From NCBI GenBank assembly GCA_031425655.1, contig JANPJS010000175.1, forward strand, positions 1 through 13,752: a DNA stretch of 13,752 nt. Direction: 5' to 3'. This document shows positions 1-7,630 of this stretch, in pieces. The first letter of the stretch is position 1, and the number at the start of each line of letters is the position of its first letter. This DNA is from Abditibacteriaceae bacterium. Its GTDB lineage: Bacteria; Armatimonadota; Abditibacteriia; Abditibacteriales; Abditibacteriaceae. The translations under genes and the position numbers were made by a program. Below the pieces are notes generated by a model that was not told where the DNA came from, did not search any database, and saw only the letters and a program-made list of their open reading frames with translations.

Positions 1-59
1 TTTTTATTTATTTAATATCAAACAAAAAAAACAAAAAACACAAAAACACAAAACTCAGT

Positions 60-147
60 TGGCGGACAGGGTGGGATTCGAACCCACGAGGCTTTAACAC
101 CCACACGAGTTCCAGTCGTGCTCCTTAAACCACTCGGACACCTGTCC
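60..147 (-). tRNA. tRNA-Ser(GGA), CCA encoded
   Basis: Reverse complement folds with acceptor GGACAGG/CCTGTCC, anticodon arm CACGA-CTGGAAC-TCGTG, long variable arm, T-loop TTCGAAT, discriminator G and CCA. Confidence 0.96.
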
Positions 148-151
148 AACA

Positions 152-224
152 CAAAGGATGAAGGCGGAGGGATGAAGGATGAAAATGAATTACTCATCCT
201 TCATCCCTCCGCCTTCATCCTTTG
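152..224. repeat. Perfect 31-bp inverted repeat built largely of GGATGAA heptamers
   Basis: 152-182 caaaggatgaaggcggagggatgaaggatga is the exact reverse complement of 194-224, with an 11-nt loop. Confidence 0.93.
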
Positions 225-229
225 CTCAC

Positions 230-316
230 CGGACAGGGAGGGATTCGAACCCCCGATACACTCGCGTGTATAACGGTTTTCGAGACCGCCGCGTTCGACC
301 ACTCTGCCACCTGTCC
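230..316 (-). tRNA. tRNA-Ser(CGA), CCA not encoded
   Basis: Reverse complement GGACAGGTGGCAGAGTGGTCGAACGCG-GCGGT-CTCGAAA-ACCGT, long variable arm, GGGGG-TTCGAAT-CCCTC, CCTGTCC-G. Confidence 0.96.
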
Positions 317-320
317 AACG

Positions 321-395
321 GAATTGTGAAGTCAGAATTGAGAAGTGAGAAAAAGGGATTTCCTTTCTCAATTCTGCATTCTTAATTCTAAATTC
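321..395. repeat. Degenerate inverted heptamer repeat (GAATTGA-like / AATTCT-like units)
   Basis: gaattgt-gaagtca-gaattga-gaagtga on the left is mirrored imperfectly by tctcaattctgcattcttaattctaaattc on the right. Confidence 0.7.
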
Positions 396-411
396 CCAAA
401 ACGCCCAACGG

Positions 412-440
412 ATTTTACAAAAGTTCGCGTGCTGTGGCGA
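412..440 (-). promoter_or_regulatory. Putative sigma70 promoter for the tRNA-Ser pair
   Basis: Minus strand TCGCCA (440-435), 17-nt spacer, TAAAAT (417-412), upstream of tRNA-Ser(CGA). Confidence 0.55.
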
Positions 441-459
441 ATCTACGCTTCAAACTTCC

Positions 460-666
460 TTACGCAACTTCGGCTTCGTAGCCGGCGTCGTCTATTGCGG
501 CCAGCATCGCCGGCACATCGGCATTTTCGTGTCGCACATGGGCGCGGCCTGCTTCAAGCTGCACTTCGGCACTTTGCACGCCCGGCACGGCTTGCAGCGC
601 CTTCGTAACGTGTGCCACGCAGTTTTCGCACGACATTCCTTCAATTTTCAATTCTGTTTGCTGCAT
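460..666 (-). CDS. copZ: Heavy-metal-associated (HMA) domain copper chaperone, CopZ-like
   Basis: 68 aa with IEGMSCENC (MxCxxC) and C-terminal AIDDAGY, typical of the HMA fold. Confidence 0.88.
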   Translation of the reverse strand: MQQTELKIEGMSCENCVAHVTKALQAVPGVQSAEVQLEAGRAHVRHENADVPAMLAAIDDAGYEAEVA

Positions 667-675
667 AGATAACGC

Positions 676-1761
676 TCAAGCCTGCGGAGGCGTGGATGTT
701 TCAATAAACGATGGGAAACGCGCGCCTTTTTTGGCCACGAACAAGGCCGAATCGGCGTCTTCCAGCAGTTCGGCCAAGTCTTCGCGCGGCGTCAGAGGAT
801 GACTGTCTTCGTCGCCCTCCGCGAGTGTTTGGGTGCGGCCCGGTATGCGCTCGGCTTCGCCGATGCTGACTGTCACCGGCAATTGTTGATGGTGCCACAC
901 GAAGGACTTGGCGCCGATAAGGCTTTCCATTTTCTGGCGCACCATCGCGGCGCCTTCGACATCGGTGTGAGTCAGCAAGATCACGAATTTCGAGCCGCCA
1001 AAGCGCGCTACCAAATCGGTGTCACGCACGCAGGTTTTAAGGATATTGGCGACTTCGCGCAAAATAATATCGCCGCAGCTATAGCCAAAACTGGTGTTAT
1101 AAAGGTGAAAATGATCTACGTCTACCATCAGGCACGAGAGAGGCTCGGCGTAGCGCCGGGCGCGGCTGCATTCACGGTAGGCAGACTGAAAGAAAAAACG
1201 CCGATTCAAAACCTGCGTGAGGTCGTCCACCTGAATCTGGCGGCTCAGTCGCTCGCGCGTAGCTTGCAATTCGCGTTTCAAACGCGCTAAGCGCACTGCC
1301 GTAGCGAAGCGCGCTTGAATTTCCAACGCGGAACTATCGGCGTTAATGAATTCGTCGGCTCCGGCGCTGCTCAGGGCTTCCATATCTGCGGCGTCGGCAA
1401 TCAAGACTAAAATCGGCGCCGCCGCGTCTAAAGCGCCGCGCGAATCATCCTGATTTTCGCTTTTGAGATGCGCGCAGATTTCAGCCGTCGAAGGCGCGCC
1501 GGAATCTATCAAAACCACGTCCGGCGCGGCATGGATGTGGCCGCTCAACACTTCGGAGGTTGCCAGCCACGCCACTTCGTAGCCTTCAGCAATCAGCACC
1601 TCGCGCGCCGCGAGTGCGCGGGCAGGAGGCTGGGATGAGTCGGAAACCACGAACAGCACTCGTGGCGCTTCTGTTGGCTTGCTTGTCCCGGCTTTTTGAG
1701 TCGCGGCGCGCCGTGCGATGCTTCCGTTCGCGTCCGTCACGCCCAATTGGTTGTCGTCCAT
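676..1761 (-). CDS. Atypical receiver + GGDEF domain protein (degenerate diguanylate cyclase)
   Basis: DDLTQVLNRR, LMVDVDHFHLYNTSFGYSCGD, RDTDLVARFGGSKF, VTVSIG and ADSALFVAK are GGDEF landmarks. The N-terminus is receiver-like (PDVVLID, GADEFI). Confidence 0.88.
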   Translation of the reverse strand: MDDNQLGVTDANGSIARRAATQKAGTSKPTEAPRVLFVVSDSSQPPARALAAREVLIAEGYEVAWLATSEVLSGHIHAAPDVVLIDSGAPSTAEICAHLKSENQDDSRGALDAAAPILVLIADAADMEALSSAGADEFINADSSALEIQARFATAVRLARLKRELQATRERLSRQIQVDDLTQVLNRRFFFQSAYRECSRARRYAEPLSCLMVDVDHFHLYNTSFGYSCGDIILREVANILKTCVRDTDLVARFGGSKFVILLTHTDVEGAAMVRQKMESLIGAKSFVWHHQQLPVTVSIGEAERIPGRTQTLAEGDEDSHPLTPREDLAELLEDADSALFVAKKGARFPSFIETSTPPQA

Positions 1762-1803
1762 CGTCGCTTCCTCTTTCGCGTTTAACCTGCGACAGCAACC
1801 ATT

Positions 1804-1812
1804 ATTCTAACA
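1804..1812 (-). promoter_or_regulatory. Putative extended -10 promoter for the GGDEF-copZ unit
   Basis: Minus strand TG-T-TAGAAT about 42 nt upstream of the ATG at 1761. Confidence 0.4.
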
Positions 1813-1854
1813 CAGCGCCTCGCGCCTTCCCCTACCCGAATTGGCCGCTGAAGG

Positions 1855-1860
1855 TATAAT
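1855..1860 (+). promoter_or_regulatory. -10 box for tRNA-Leu
   Basis: TATAAT 24 nt upstream of the tRNA. No convincing -35. Confidence 0.4.
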
Positions 1861-1884
1861 TATCGCTTGGAAAATCGGCGCCTC

Positions 1885-1957
1885 GCGGACGTAGCCCAAT
1901 GGCAGAGGCACAGGACTTAGGATCCTGCCAGTGAGGGTTCAAGTCCCTCCGTCCGCA
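1885..1957 (+). tRNA. tRNA-Leu(TAG) with short variable loop
   Basis: GCGGACG-TA-GCCCAATGGCAGAGGC-A-CAGGA-CTTAGGA-TCCTG-CCAGT-GAGGG-TTCAAGT-CCCTC-CGTCCGC-A, 73 nt, discriminator A. Confidence 0.92.
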
Positions 1958-1975
1958 TAAAATTTCCCTTTCCCC

Positions 1976-2004
1976 TTGCCATTTTTCCGAGCGATGTTTA
2001 TAAT
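1976..2004 (+). promoter_or_regulatory. Near-consensus sigma70 promoter for tRNA-Gly (possibly read through into tig)
   Basis: TTGCCA (1976-1981), 17-nt spacer, TATAAT (1999-2004). Confidence 0.75.
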
Positions 2005-2045
2005 TTCCTTTGCTGTCTTCAAGGTTGTTGATTGAAAAGCGAAGT

Positions 2046-2117
2046 GCGGAAGTAGCTCAGTGGTAGAGCATCACCTTGCCAAGGTGAGGGTCGCGAGTTC
2101 GAACCTCGTCTTCCGCT
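2046..2117 (+). tRNA. tRNA-Gly(GCC)
   Basis: GCGGAAGTAGCTCAGTGGTAGAGCA-TCACC-TTGCCAA-GGTGA-GGGTC-GCGAG-TTCGAAC-CTCGT-CTTCCGC-T. Confidence 0.97.
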
Positions 2118-2164
2118 TCATTTTAAATCGAGGCCCAAGTGCCGATTCGCCGCAGTTGAACCAA

Positions 2165-2199
2165 GCCCCGCACACGCTCCCGTGGCGGGGTCTTTTTTT
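2165..2199 (+). terminator. Probable Rho-independent terminator after tRNA-Gly
   Basis: GC-rich stem ccccgc...gcgggg followed by a 7-T run. Confidence 0.6.
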
Positions 2200-2262
2200 G
2201 ATTGACGGTATGTATTTGGCGGGCACAAAACTGGAATCAGCGAACAAAGAGGACTTTACAGG

Positions 2263-3570
2263 ATGAGCACGGTGCAACTTAATAACGTGACGGTCGAACG
2301 GGGCGAAGGCGGCTTAGTAACGCTGCAAATTGAGGTCGCGCCCGAAGCGGTGCGCGCGGCGCGCGAACGCGCTTTGAAAAGCTGGTCGCGCCGCATTCGC
2401 GTGGCGGGATTTCGTCCGGGACACGTCCCGGCCAACGTCGTGCGCCGCAACGTCGGCGACGAAAACATCAACCAGAGCGTCAGCGACGATCTGGTGCCGC
2501 AAGCCTATCAAGCCGCCATCGAGCAGGAATCTCTGGTGCCGATGGAGCGCGCTTCGGTGGACGAACTGACCTTCGACGCCTTCGACGGCGACAAGCCGTT
2601 AACCATGACCGCGCGCGTCATTGTGCGTCCCGAAATCACCCTTGGAACCATCGAAGGGCTGGAAATCACGCGCCCGAAAATCGAAATCAGCGACGAAGAC
2701 GTGGACGCCGGCATGGAATCGCTGCGCGGCGAGCGCGCTTCGCTGGAAACCATCGTGGATCGCGGCGCACAGGACGGCGACGTGCTAAACGCCGAGTTGC
2801 AGGTTTACATTGACACCGAGCCGCGCGGCGACGAGCCGGCGCAATTGCGCGCCTTCGTTCTGGGCCAGAGCGGTTTCGTGCCCAGCATTGACGAACACTT
2901 AATCGGCGCCAAACTCGACGAAGAACGCCGCTTCAACATCACTTACCCCGACGATTTTCAAGATGAAGAATTAGCCGGCAAAGAAGCCGAGTTTTCGGTC
3001 AAAGTGACTTCGATCAAAGAGCGCACGCTGCCCGAACTCAACGATGAATTCGCGCAAGCGTCGGGCGCCGAAAACATGGAAGAGTTGCGCGAGCAGATGA
3101 AGCAGTTTCTCGCCGCGCGCAAGCAGCGCGAAGCCACCGAAGCCGCACGCACACAGATCGTGGAAAAAGTCGTTGAAGGCACACAACTCGAACCACCGGC
3201 AGAGTTGGTCAAACGCCGCGCCCACAATCGCCTGCACGCTTTCGAGCACGAACTCGAACACCGCGAAACCACGATTGAAAATTACCTGACCGATTCCAAC
3301 CAGACGCGCGAAGAATTTGAAGCGGTTTTGCAACAGGAAATCGAGCAGGAACTGCGTCAGGAATTGGTATTGGAAGAAATCGCCAACCTGCAAAAAGTCG
3401 AAGTGACGCAAGACGAAGTCATCAACCACTATCAAATGATGTCGCAGATGCTCCGCCAGCCGGTCGAGCAACTGGTTCAGGAAGTGGACGTGGAAACCGT
3501 GCGCGCTTCGATTCGTCAGCGCAAAGCCATTGACTGGCTGATGGAAAAAGCCAGCATCACCGAGGAGTGA
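2263..3570 (+). CDS. tig: Trigger factor
   Basis: Ribosome-binding signature GFRPGHVP, FKBP-like middle (TYPDDFQDEELAGKEAEFSVKV), 435 aa, GAGGA upstream, position before clpP-clpX. Confidence 0.96.
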   Translation: MSTVQLNNVTVERGEGGLVTLQIEVAPEAVRAARERALKSWSRRIRVAGFRPGHVPANVVRRNVGDENINQSVSDDLVPQAYQAAIEQESLVPMERASVDELTFDAFDGDKPLTMTARVIVRPEITLGTIEGLEITRPKIEISDEDVDAGMESLRGERASLETIVDRGAQDGDVLNAELQVYIDTEPRGDEPAQLRAFVLGQSGFVPSIDEHLIGAKLDEERRFNITYPDDFQDEELAGKEAEFSVKVTSIKERTLPELNDEFAQASGAENMEELREQMKQFLAARKQREATEAARTQIVEKVVEGTQLEPPAELVKRRAHNRLHAFEHELEHRETTIENYLTDSNQTREEFEAVLQQEIEQELRQELVLEEIANLQKVEVTQDEVINHYQMMSQMLRQPVEQLVQEVDVETVRASIRQRKAIDWLMEKASITEE

Positions 3571-3574
3571 AACG

Positions 3575-3649
3575 CGAGTGACGAGCGTTGAGTGACGAGT
3601 GACGAGTCGAATTCCGTCATTCGTCACTCGTCACTCGTCACTCGTCACT
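3575..3649. repeat. Inverted heptamer repeat (GAGTGAC / GTCACTC)
   Basis: Left arm has gagtgac units. Right arm has four tcgtcac units and ends 4 nt before the clpP ATG. Confidence 0.88.
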
Positions 3650-3653
3650 GATT

Positions 3654-4241
3654 ATGCTTGTCCCCTACGTTGTCGAAGACACACCGCGCGGCGAGCGCGG
3701 CTACGATATATATTCGCGCTTGCTCAAAGAGCGCATCATTCTCATTCACGAGCCGATTAGCGATCATCTTGCGTCGGTCGTGCAGGCGCAGCTTTTGTTT
3801 TTGGAAAGCGAAGACCCCGACCGTGACATCGAACTCTACATCAACAGCCCCGGCGGCAGCGTTTACGCCGGCAACGCGATTTACGATACGATGCAGATCA
3901 TCAAGCCGGACATCGCCACGATTTGCACCGGCTACGCGGCCTCTTACGGCGCGGTTTTGCTGTGTGCGGGCACCAAAGGCAAGCGACTTATCACGCCGCA
4001 CGCGCGTGTGATGATTCACCAGCCGTCCGGCGGCTTCGAGGGCATGGCGACAGACGCCGAAATCAGCCTGCGCGAAATGCTCAAGCAGAAAGAATCACTC
4101 AATCACATTCTTGCGAAGCACACCGGCCAGTCCTACGAGAAAGTCTCCTCGGACGCCGAACGCGATTTCTGGATGGGCGCCGACGAATCCATCGCCTACG
4201 GCATGGTTGACAAAATGCTGACACGCGAACTGCGAGGCTAA
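3654..4241 (+). CDS. clpP: ATP-dependent Clp protease proteolytic subunit
   Basis: [21 protein letters not shown], catalytic Ser (AASYG), His (MIHQP) and Asp (ERD). Confidence 0.98.
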   Translation: MLVPYVVEDTPRGERGYDIYSRLLKERIILIHEPISDHLASVVQAQLLFLESEDPDRDIELYINSPGGSVYAGNAIYDTMQIIKPDIATICTGYAASYGAVLLCAGTKGKRLITPHARVMIHQPSGGFEGMATDAEISLREMLKQKESLNHILAKHTGQSYEKVSSDAERDFWMGADESIAYGMVDKMLTRELRG

Positions 4242-4246
4242 ACGGC

Positions 4247-4330
4247 AGTTTTGAGTTTTGAATTTTGAATTTTGAATTAAGACGACGGAGCCGCGTTTAA
4301 TTCAAAATTCAAAATTCAAAATTCAAAATT
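4247..4330. repeat. 34-bp inverted heptamer repeat (TTTTGAA / TTCAAAA)
   Basis: 4247-4280 pairs with 4297-4330 at 32/34 positions. Both mismatches are G-U on the + strand transcript. Confidence 0.93.
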
Positions 4331-4347
4331 GTCCCGAAGGGACTTTT

Positions 4348-5727
4348 ATGCCGATGTTTGGGGAAGACAGCGAGAATTTGCGCTGTTCGTTTTGCGGCAA
4401 GCGACGCGAACAGGTCGCCAATCTCATCGCCGGGCCGGGCGTTTATATTTGCGTGGATTGCGTTGACTTATGCAACGAAATCATCGGACGCGTCGGCGAG
4501 CCGGAAGTCGCCGAGGCCGAAAACGCCATGCGCTCGCTGCCCAAACCGCGCGAAATCGTCGAAGTGCTTGATCAATATGTCATCGGGCAGGAGCGCGCCA
4601 AGCGTTCGCTCGCGGTCGCGGTTTATAACCATTACAAGCGAATCGCCATGCAGGATGCGAGCGCGCCCAACGAGGTTGAACTCGAAAAAAGCAATATTCT
4701 GCTCATCGGGCCAACCGGCAGCGGCAAAACCCTGCTCGCCAAAACGCTGGCCAAAGTTCTCAACGTGCCGTTTGCCATCGCCGACGCGACGGCTTTAACC
4801 GAAGCCGGCTACGTCGGCGAAGATGTCGAAAACATTCTGCTCAAGCTTTATCAATCTGCCGACGGCGACATCGAGCAAGTGCAGCGCGGCATCATTTACA
4901 TTGACGAAATTGATAAAATCACCCGCAAAAGCGAGAACCCGTCCATCACGCGCGATGTGTCGGGCGAAGGCGTGCAGCAAGGGCTTTTGAAGATTCTCGA
5001 AGGCACGATTGCCAACATTCCGCCACAAGGCGGGCGCAAGCATCCCAACGCCGAATATATTCAAATTGACACGTCAGGCATTCTTTTCATCTGCGGCGGC
5101 GCCTTCGAGGGACTGGACAAAGTCATCGAACGCCGCGTGCGCGAATCTACGTTAGGTTTGCGCGCCACTCCGACCAGCAAAATCACCGATTCGCACAAAC
5201 GCGCCCAGCTTTTGCGCCACGTCGTGCCCGACGATTTGCTGAAACACGGTTTCATCCCTGAATTCATCGGACGCCTGCCCGTGATGACGACGCTCGACCC
5301 GTTGGACGAAGACGCCATGATTTCGATTCTGACGGCCCCGCGCAACGCTCTCACCAAGCAATACGCGCGGATGTTGGCCGCCGACGGCGTGGAATTGAAA
5401 TTCACCGAAGAAGCCTTGAAACTCATCGCCCAGCGCGCGATGGAGCGGCGCACCGGCGCCCGCGCATTACGTTCGATTCTCGAAGAAACGATGGTCAACG
5501 TGATGTATGAAGTGCCTTCAATGCGCGGCGTGGCCCAGTGCATCGTGGACGAAGAAACGGTGCGCGAAAAGCGCGACCCACGACTCATCACGCGCGAGCA
5601 AATTCTGGCGCAAACCCGCGAGGAACGCTCCCGCATCGCCGAAACGCACGAAGTCGCCAAGCCGCGCAAAACGCCGCGCCCTACTCCGCTGCCCGAATTC
5701 GACGACGAACCCGCCGAAGCTGCGTAA
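4348..5727 (+). CDS. clpX: ATP-dependent Clp protease ATP-binding subunit ClpX
   Basis: C4 zinc domain (CSFC...CVDC), Walker [17 protein letters not shown] pore loop, Walker B IYIDEID, RKH loop, TGARALR. Start could be 4354. Confidence 0.98.
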   Translation: MPMFGEDSENLRCSFCGKRREQVANLIAGPGVYICVDCVDLCNEIIGRVGEPEVAEAENAMRSLPKPREIVEVLDQYVIGQERAKRSLAVAVYNHYKRIAMQDASAPNEVELEKSNILLIGPTGSGKTLLAKTLAKVLNVPFAIADATALTEAGYVGEDVENILLKLYQSADGDIEQVQRGIIYIDEIDKITRKSENPSITRDVSGEGVQQGLLKILEGTIANIPPQGGRKHPNAEYIQIDTSGILFICGGAFEGLDKVIERRVRESTLGLRATPTSKITDSHKRAQLLRHVVPDDLLKHGFIPEFIGRLPVMTTLDPLDEDAMISILTAPRNALTKQYARMLAADGVELKFTEEALKLIAQRAMERRTGARALRSILEETMVNVMYEVPSMRGVAQCIVDEETVREKRDPRLITREQILAQTREERSRIAETHEVAKPRKTPRPTPLPEFDDEPAEAA

Positions 5728-5762
5728 AAAACGCCGCGCTCAATTCAGAGCGCGGCGTTTTT
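5726..5762. terminator. Bidirectional Rho-independent terminator
   Basis: aaaaa-acgccgcgctc...gagcgcggcgt-tttt, lying between convergent genes. Confidence 0.85.
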
Positions 5763-5848
5763 CGTTTAGCTTGAAATCACTTCACCGTTTCGTTCTCGGT
5801 AGGTTTCAAAAAGAGGTGTTACATCTTGCATGAATCTCCGATCAACTT

Positions 5849-6577
5849 TTATTTTTGAAACCGCGCATCATACTTCGCCCAAACCGGGTCGGTGGCGGCT
5901 CCGGCTTGAGAGCGGGTGAAATCGCTTTTCCAGTTCTCCAGCTTAACCGGCTTCACATGGCCGTCCGCAAAGGCCATATTGAGCGTGTCTAAGTGGCGCG
6001 GCGCGGGAGGATTGCTGTTGTCCGCATTCACAGCAGCTTGAACGAAATTAGGGTCGGGAGACAAACTATAATAGTCGCAATCGGCTATTAATGCGGTCTC
6101 CGACGGATATTTAATAGTCAGATCAGGATTGACCGTTTTGCTGAGATAACAGTTGAAACCGTAGGAAGATTCGCCGCCTCGCCAATTGTAGCCCCCTGAA
6201 TAAACGCCTTCTGCATTGGGACAATTATAAATCTGCGGACTTTTGACGTAACTATAAATCGGGTGCATCCACAACGCGTTCCTCTGGCCAACTGTTGCCG
6301 GATTCTGGCCGTTGGGGAAGCGGTAGGACGCAGAAGTGGCATAGGTTAAGATCGGCATTTCGCCGTCGAAGTCTTCACGATATTGCGCGAAGGCCAATCC
6401 CAACTGCCTCAAATTACTCGCGCACGCCGTGCGCTGCCCATTCTCACGCGCCGTCGTGAAAACAGGAAACAGGATCGCAGTCAGCACTAAAATGATTGCG
6501 ATGACGGCTAAAATTTCAATCAAAGTAAAGCCGGGTTTGGTGTGACTTTCGGGTTTTTCCCTATTTGACTTATACAT
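5849..6577 (-). CDS. Prepilin-type N-terminal cleavage/methylation protein, DUF1559 / H-X9-DG family
   Basis: GFTLIEILAVIAIILVLTAILFPVF, AR...CASNLRQLGLA, CP motif, RHLDTLNMAFADGHVK. ATG at 6577 (MYKSNR) preferred over GTG at 6616. Confidence 0.92.
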   Translation of the reverse strand: MYKSNREKPESHTKPGFTLIEILAVIAIILVLTAILFPVFTTARENGQRTACASNLRQLGLAFAQYREDFDGEMPILTYATSASYRFPNGQNPATVGQRNALWMHPIYSYVKSPQIYNCPNAEGVYSGGYNWRGGESSYGFNCYLSKTVNPDLTIKYPSETALIADCDYYSLSPDPNFVQAAVNADNSNPPAPRHLDTLNMAFADGHVKPVKLENWKSDFTRSQAGAATDPVWAKYDARFQK

Positions 6578-6617
6578 TTTCGCCGCGATCCTGCTTGAAT
6601 AAATAACACGTCGCACT

Positions 6618-7112
6618 TTACCAATAACGTCCGTTGTTTTGCTCCATATAAAGCAGAATCATCACGATTTCCGCCGGGTTGGCGTGCCCTTTTGGGCCGC
6701 TTTGGATTTGACTAAAAACGAGGTTGCCGTCCGCATCCAAAACGAAGACTGCCGGCTCGCCATGTGGTTGCGGGCCGGCTTCCGTTTCGTCGGAAACGTA
6801 AATACCGTAACGCTCGGAAACCGCAAAATCCGCGTCGGACAGCAGCGTGAACTGCAAGCCAAGTTGCTGTTTCAGGCGGCGCAGTTCTTGCGGCGTGTCC
6901 ACGCTAATCGCCACTAAATCGGCGCCTAAACCTTGAATTCGGTCGTAAAGATCGTTGTAAAGCAGCAAATCTTTGTGCGCCGTCGGGCAAAAGGCGCCTC
7001 GGCAAAAGTGAATCACCAGCGCTTTTCCATCGCGCAAATCGGACAGCGAATGTGCGTGATTTTCGGTATCGGGCAGCGTGAAGTCGGGCGGCGCTGTTTT
7101 GTTGCGTAGCAT
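6618..7112 (-). CDS. AhpC/TSA-family peroxiredoxin-like protein
   Basis: PDFTLPD, RGAFCPT, VAISVD, FTLLSD and PAVFVLD; GGGAG RBS upstream. Confidence 0.88.
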   Translation of the reverse strand: MLRNKTAPPDFTLPDTENHAHSLSDLRDGKALVIHFCRGAFCPTAHKDLLLYNDLYDRIQGLGADLVAISVDTPQELRRLKQQLGLQFTLLSDADFAVSERYGIYVSDETEAGPQPHGEPAVFVLDADGNLVFSQIQSGPKGHANPAEIVMILLYMEQNNGRYW

Positions 7113-7123
7113 AAAAACTCCCT

Positions 7124-7525
7124 ATGAAATCGAATACTGACGATGAGCAATCGCGGCGCCGCATTTCGCGCGCTTTGCTGGGCGGGTTGTTTATCACCAG
7201 CGGCGTGCTGCACTTCGCACGCGCGGATTTATATCGTGGCGTGATGCCGCCCAATTTGCCATTCCAACGCGAATTGGTTGCTCTCAGCGGGTTTTTCGAG
7301 ATCGCCGGTGGTTTGGGTTTATTTCCACAGCGCACGCGACGTGCGGCGGGTTTTGGCCTCATCGCTTTGCTTTTAGCGGTCTGGCCGGCGAATTTACAGA
7401 TGCTTTTCAACGCACAAACCGCGCACGAACCAGCGTGGAAACAAGCGATTTTATGGGTGCGGCTGCCCTTGCAAATTCCGTTGATAATCTGGGTTTGGCG
7501 CGCCATACATCCGACGAAGAAATGA
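7124..7525 (+). CDS. DoxX-like integral membrane protein
   Basis: Four hydrophobic segments with GVLHF, MPP.LP, SGFFEIAGG, VWPANL and RLPLQ motifs. Confidence 0.82.
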   Translation: MKSNTDDEQSRRRISRALLGGLFITSGVLHFARADLYRGVMPPNLPFQRELVALSGFFEIAGGLGLFPQRTRRAAGFGLIALLLAVWPANLQMLFNAQTAHEPAWKQAILWVRLPLQIPLIIWVWRAIHPTKK

Positions 7526-7630
7526 ATTTCATACGATTAAGTTGGCAAAGAAGCCGGTTCCTGCAAAAATAATAAGCACATCGCCACGGCAAACCGCCAA
7601 TTTCAGGCGATGCTCGATTGAAAACACCTT

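Noticed and set aside
1..55. A/T-rich low-complexity start (aaaaac-like runs)
   Set aside because: It is truncated at the window edge and may be a degraded heptamer arm or low-quality contig-end sequence, so nothing can be supported.
179..385. Short ORFs over tRNA genes (also 2060-2266 and 2071-2277)
   Set aside because: They overlap clear tRNA genes and repeats and have no protein motifs.
60..2117. tRNA genes as integration sites of an island or prophage
   Set aside because: I saw no integrase and no duplicated tRNA 3' end elsewhere in the window. The two tRNA-Ser genes share acceptor stems but are both complete.
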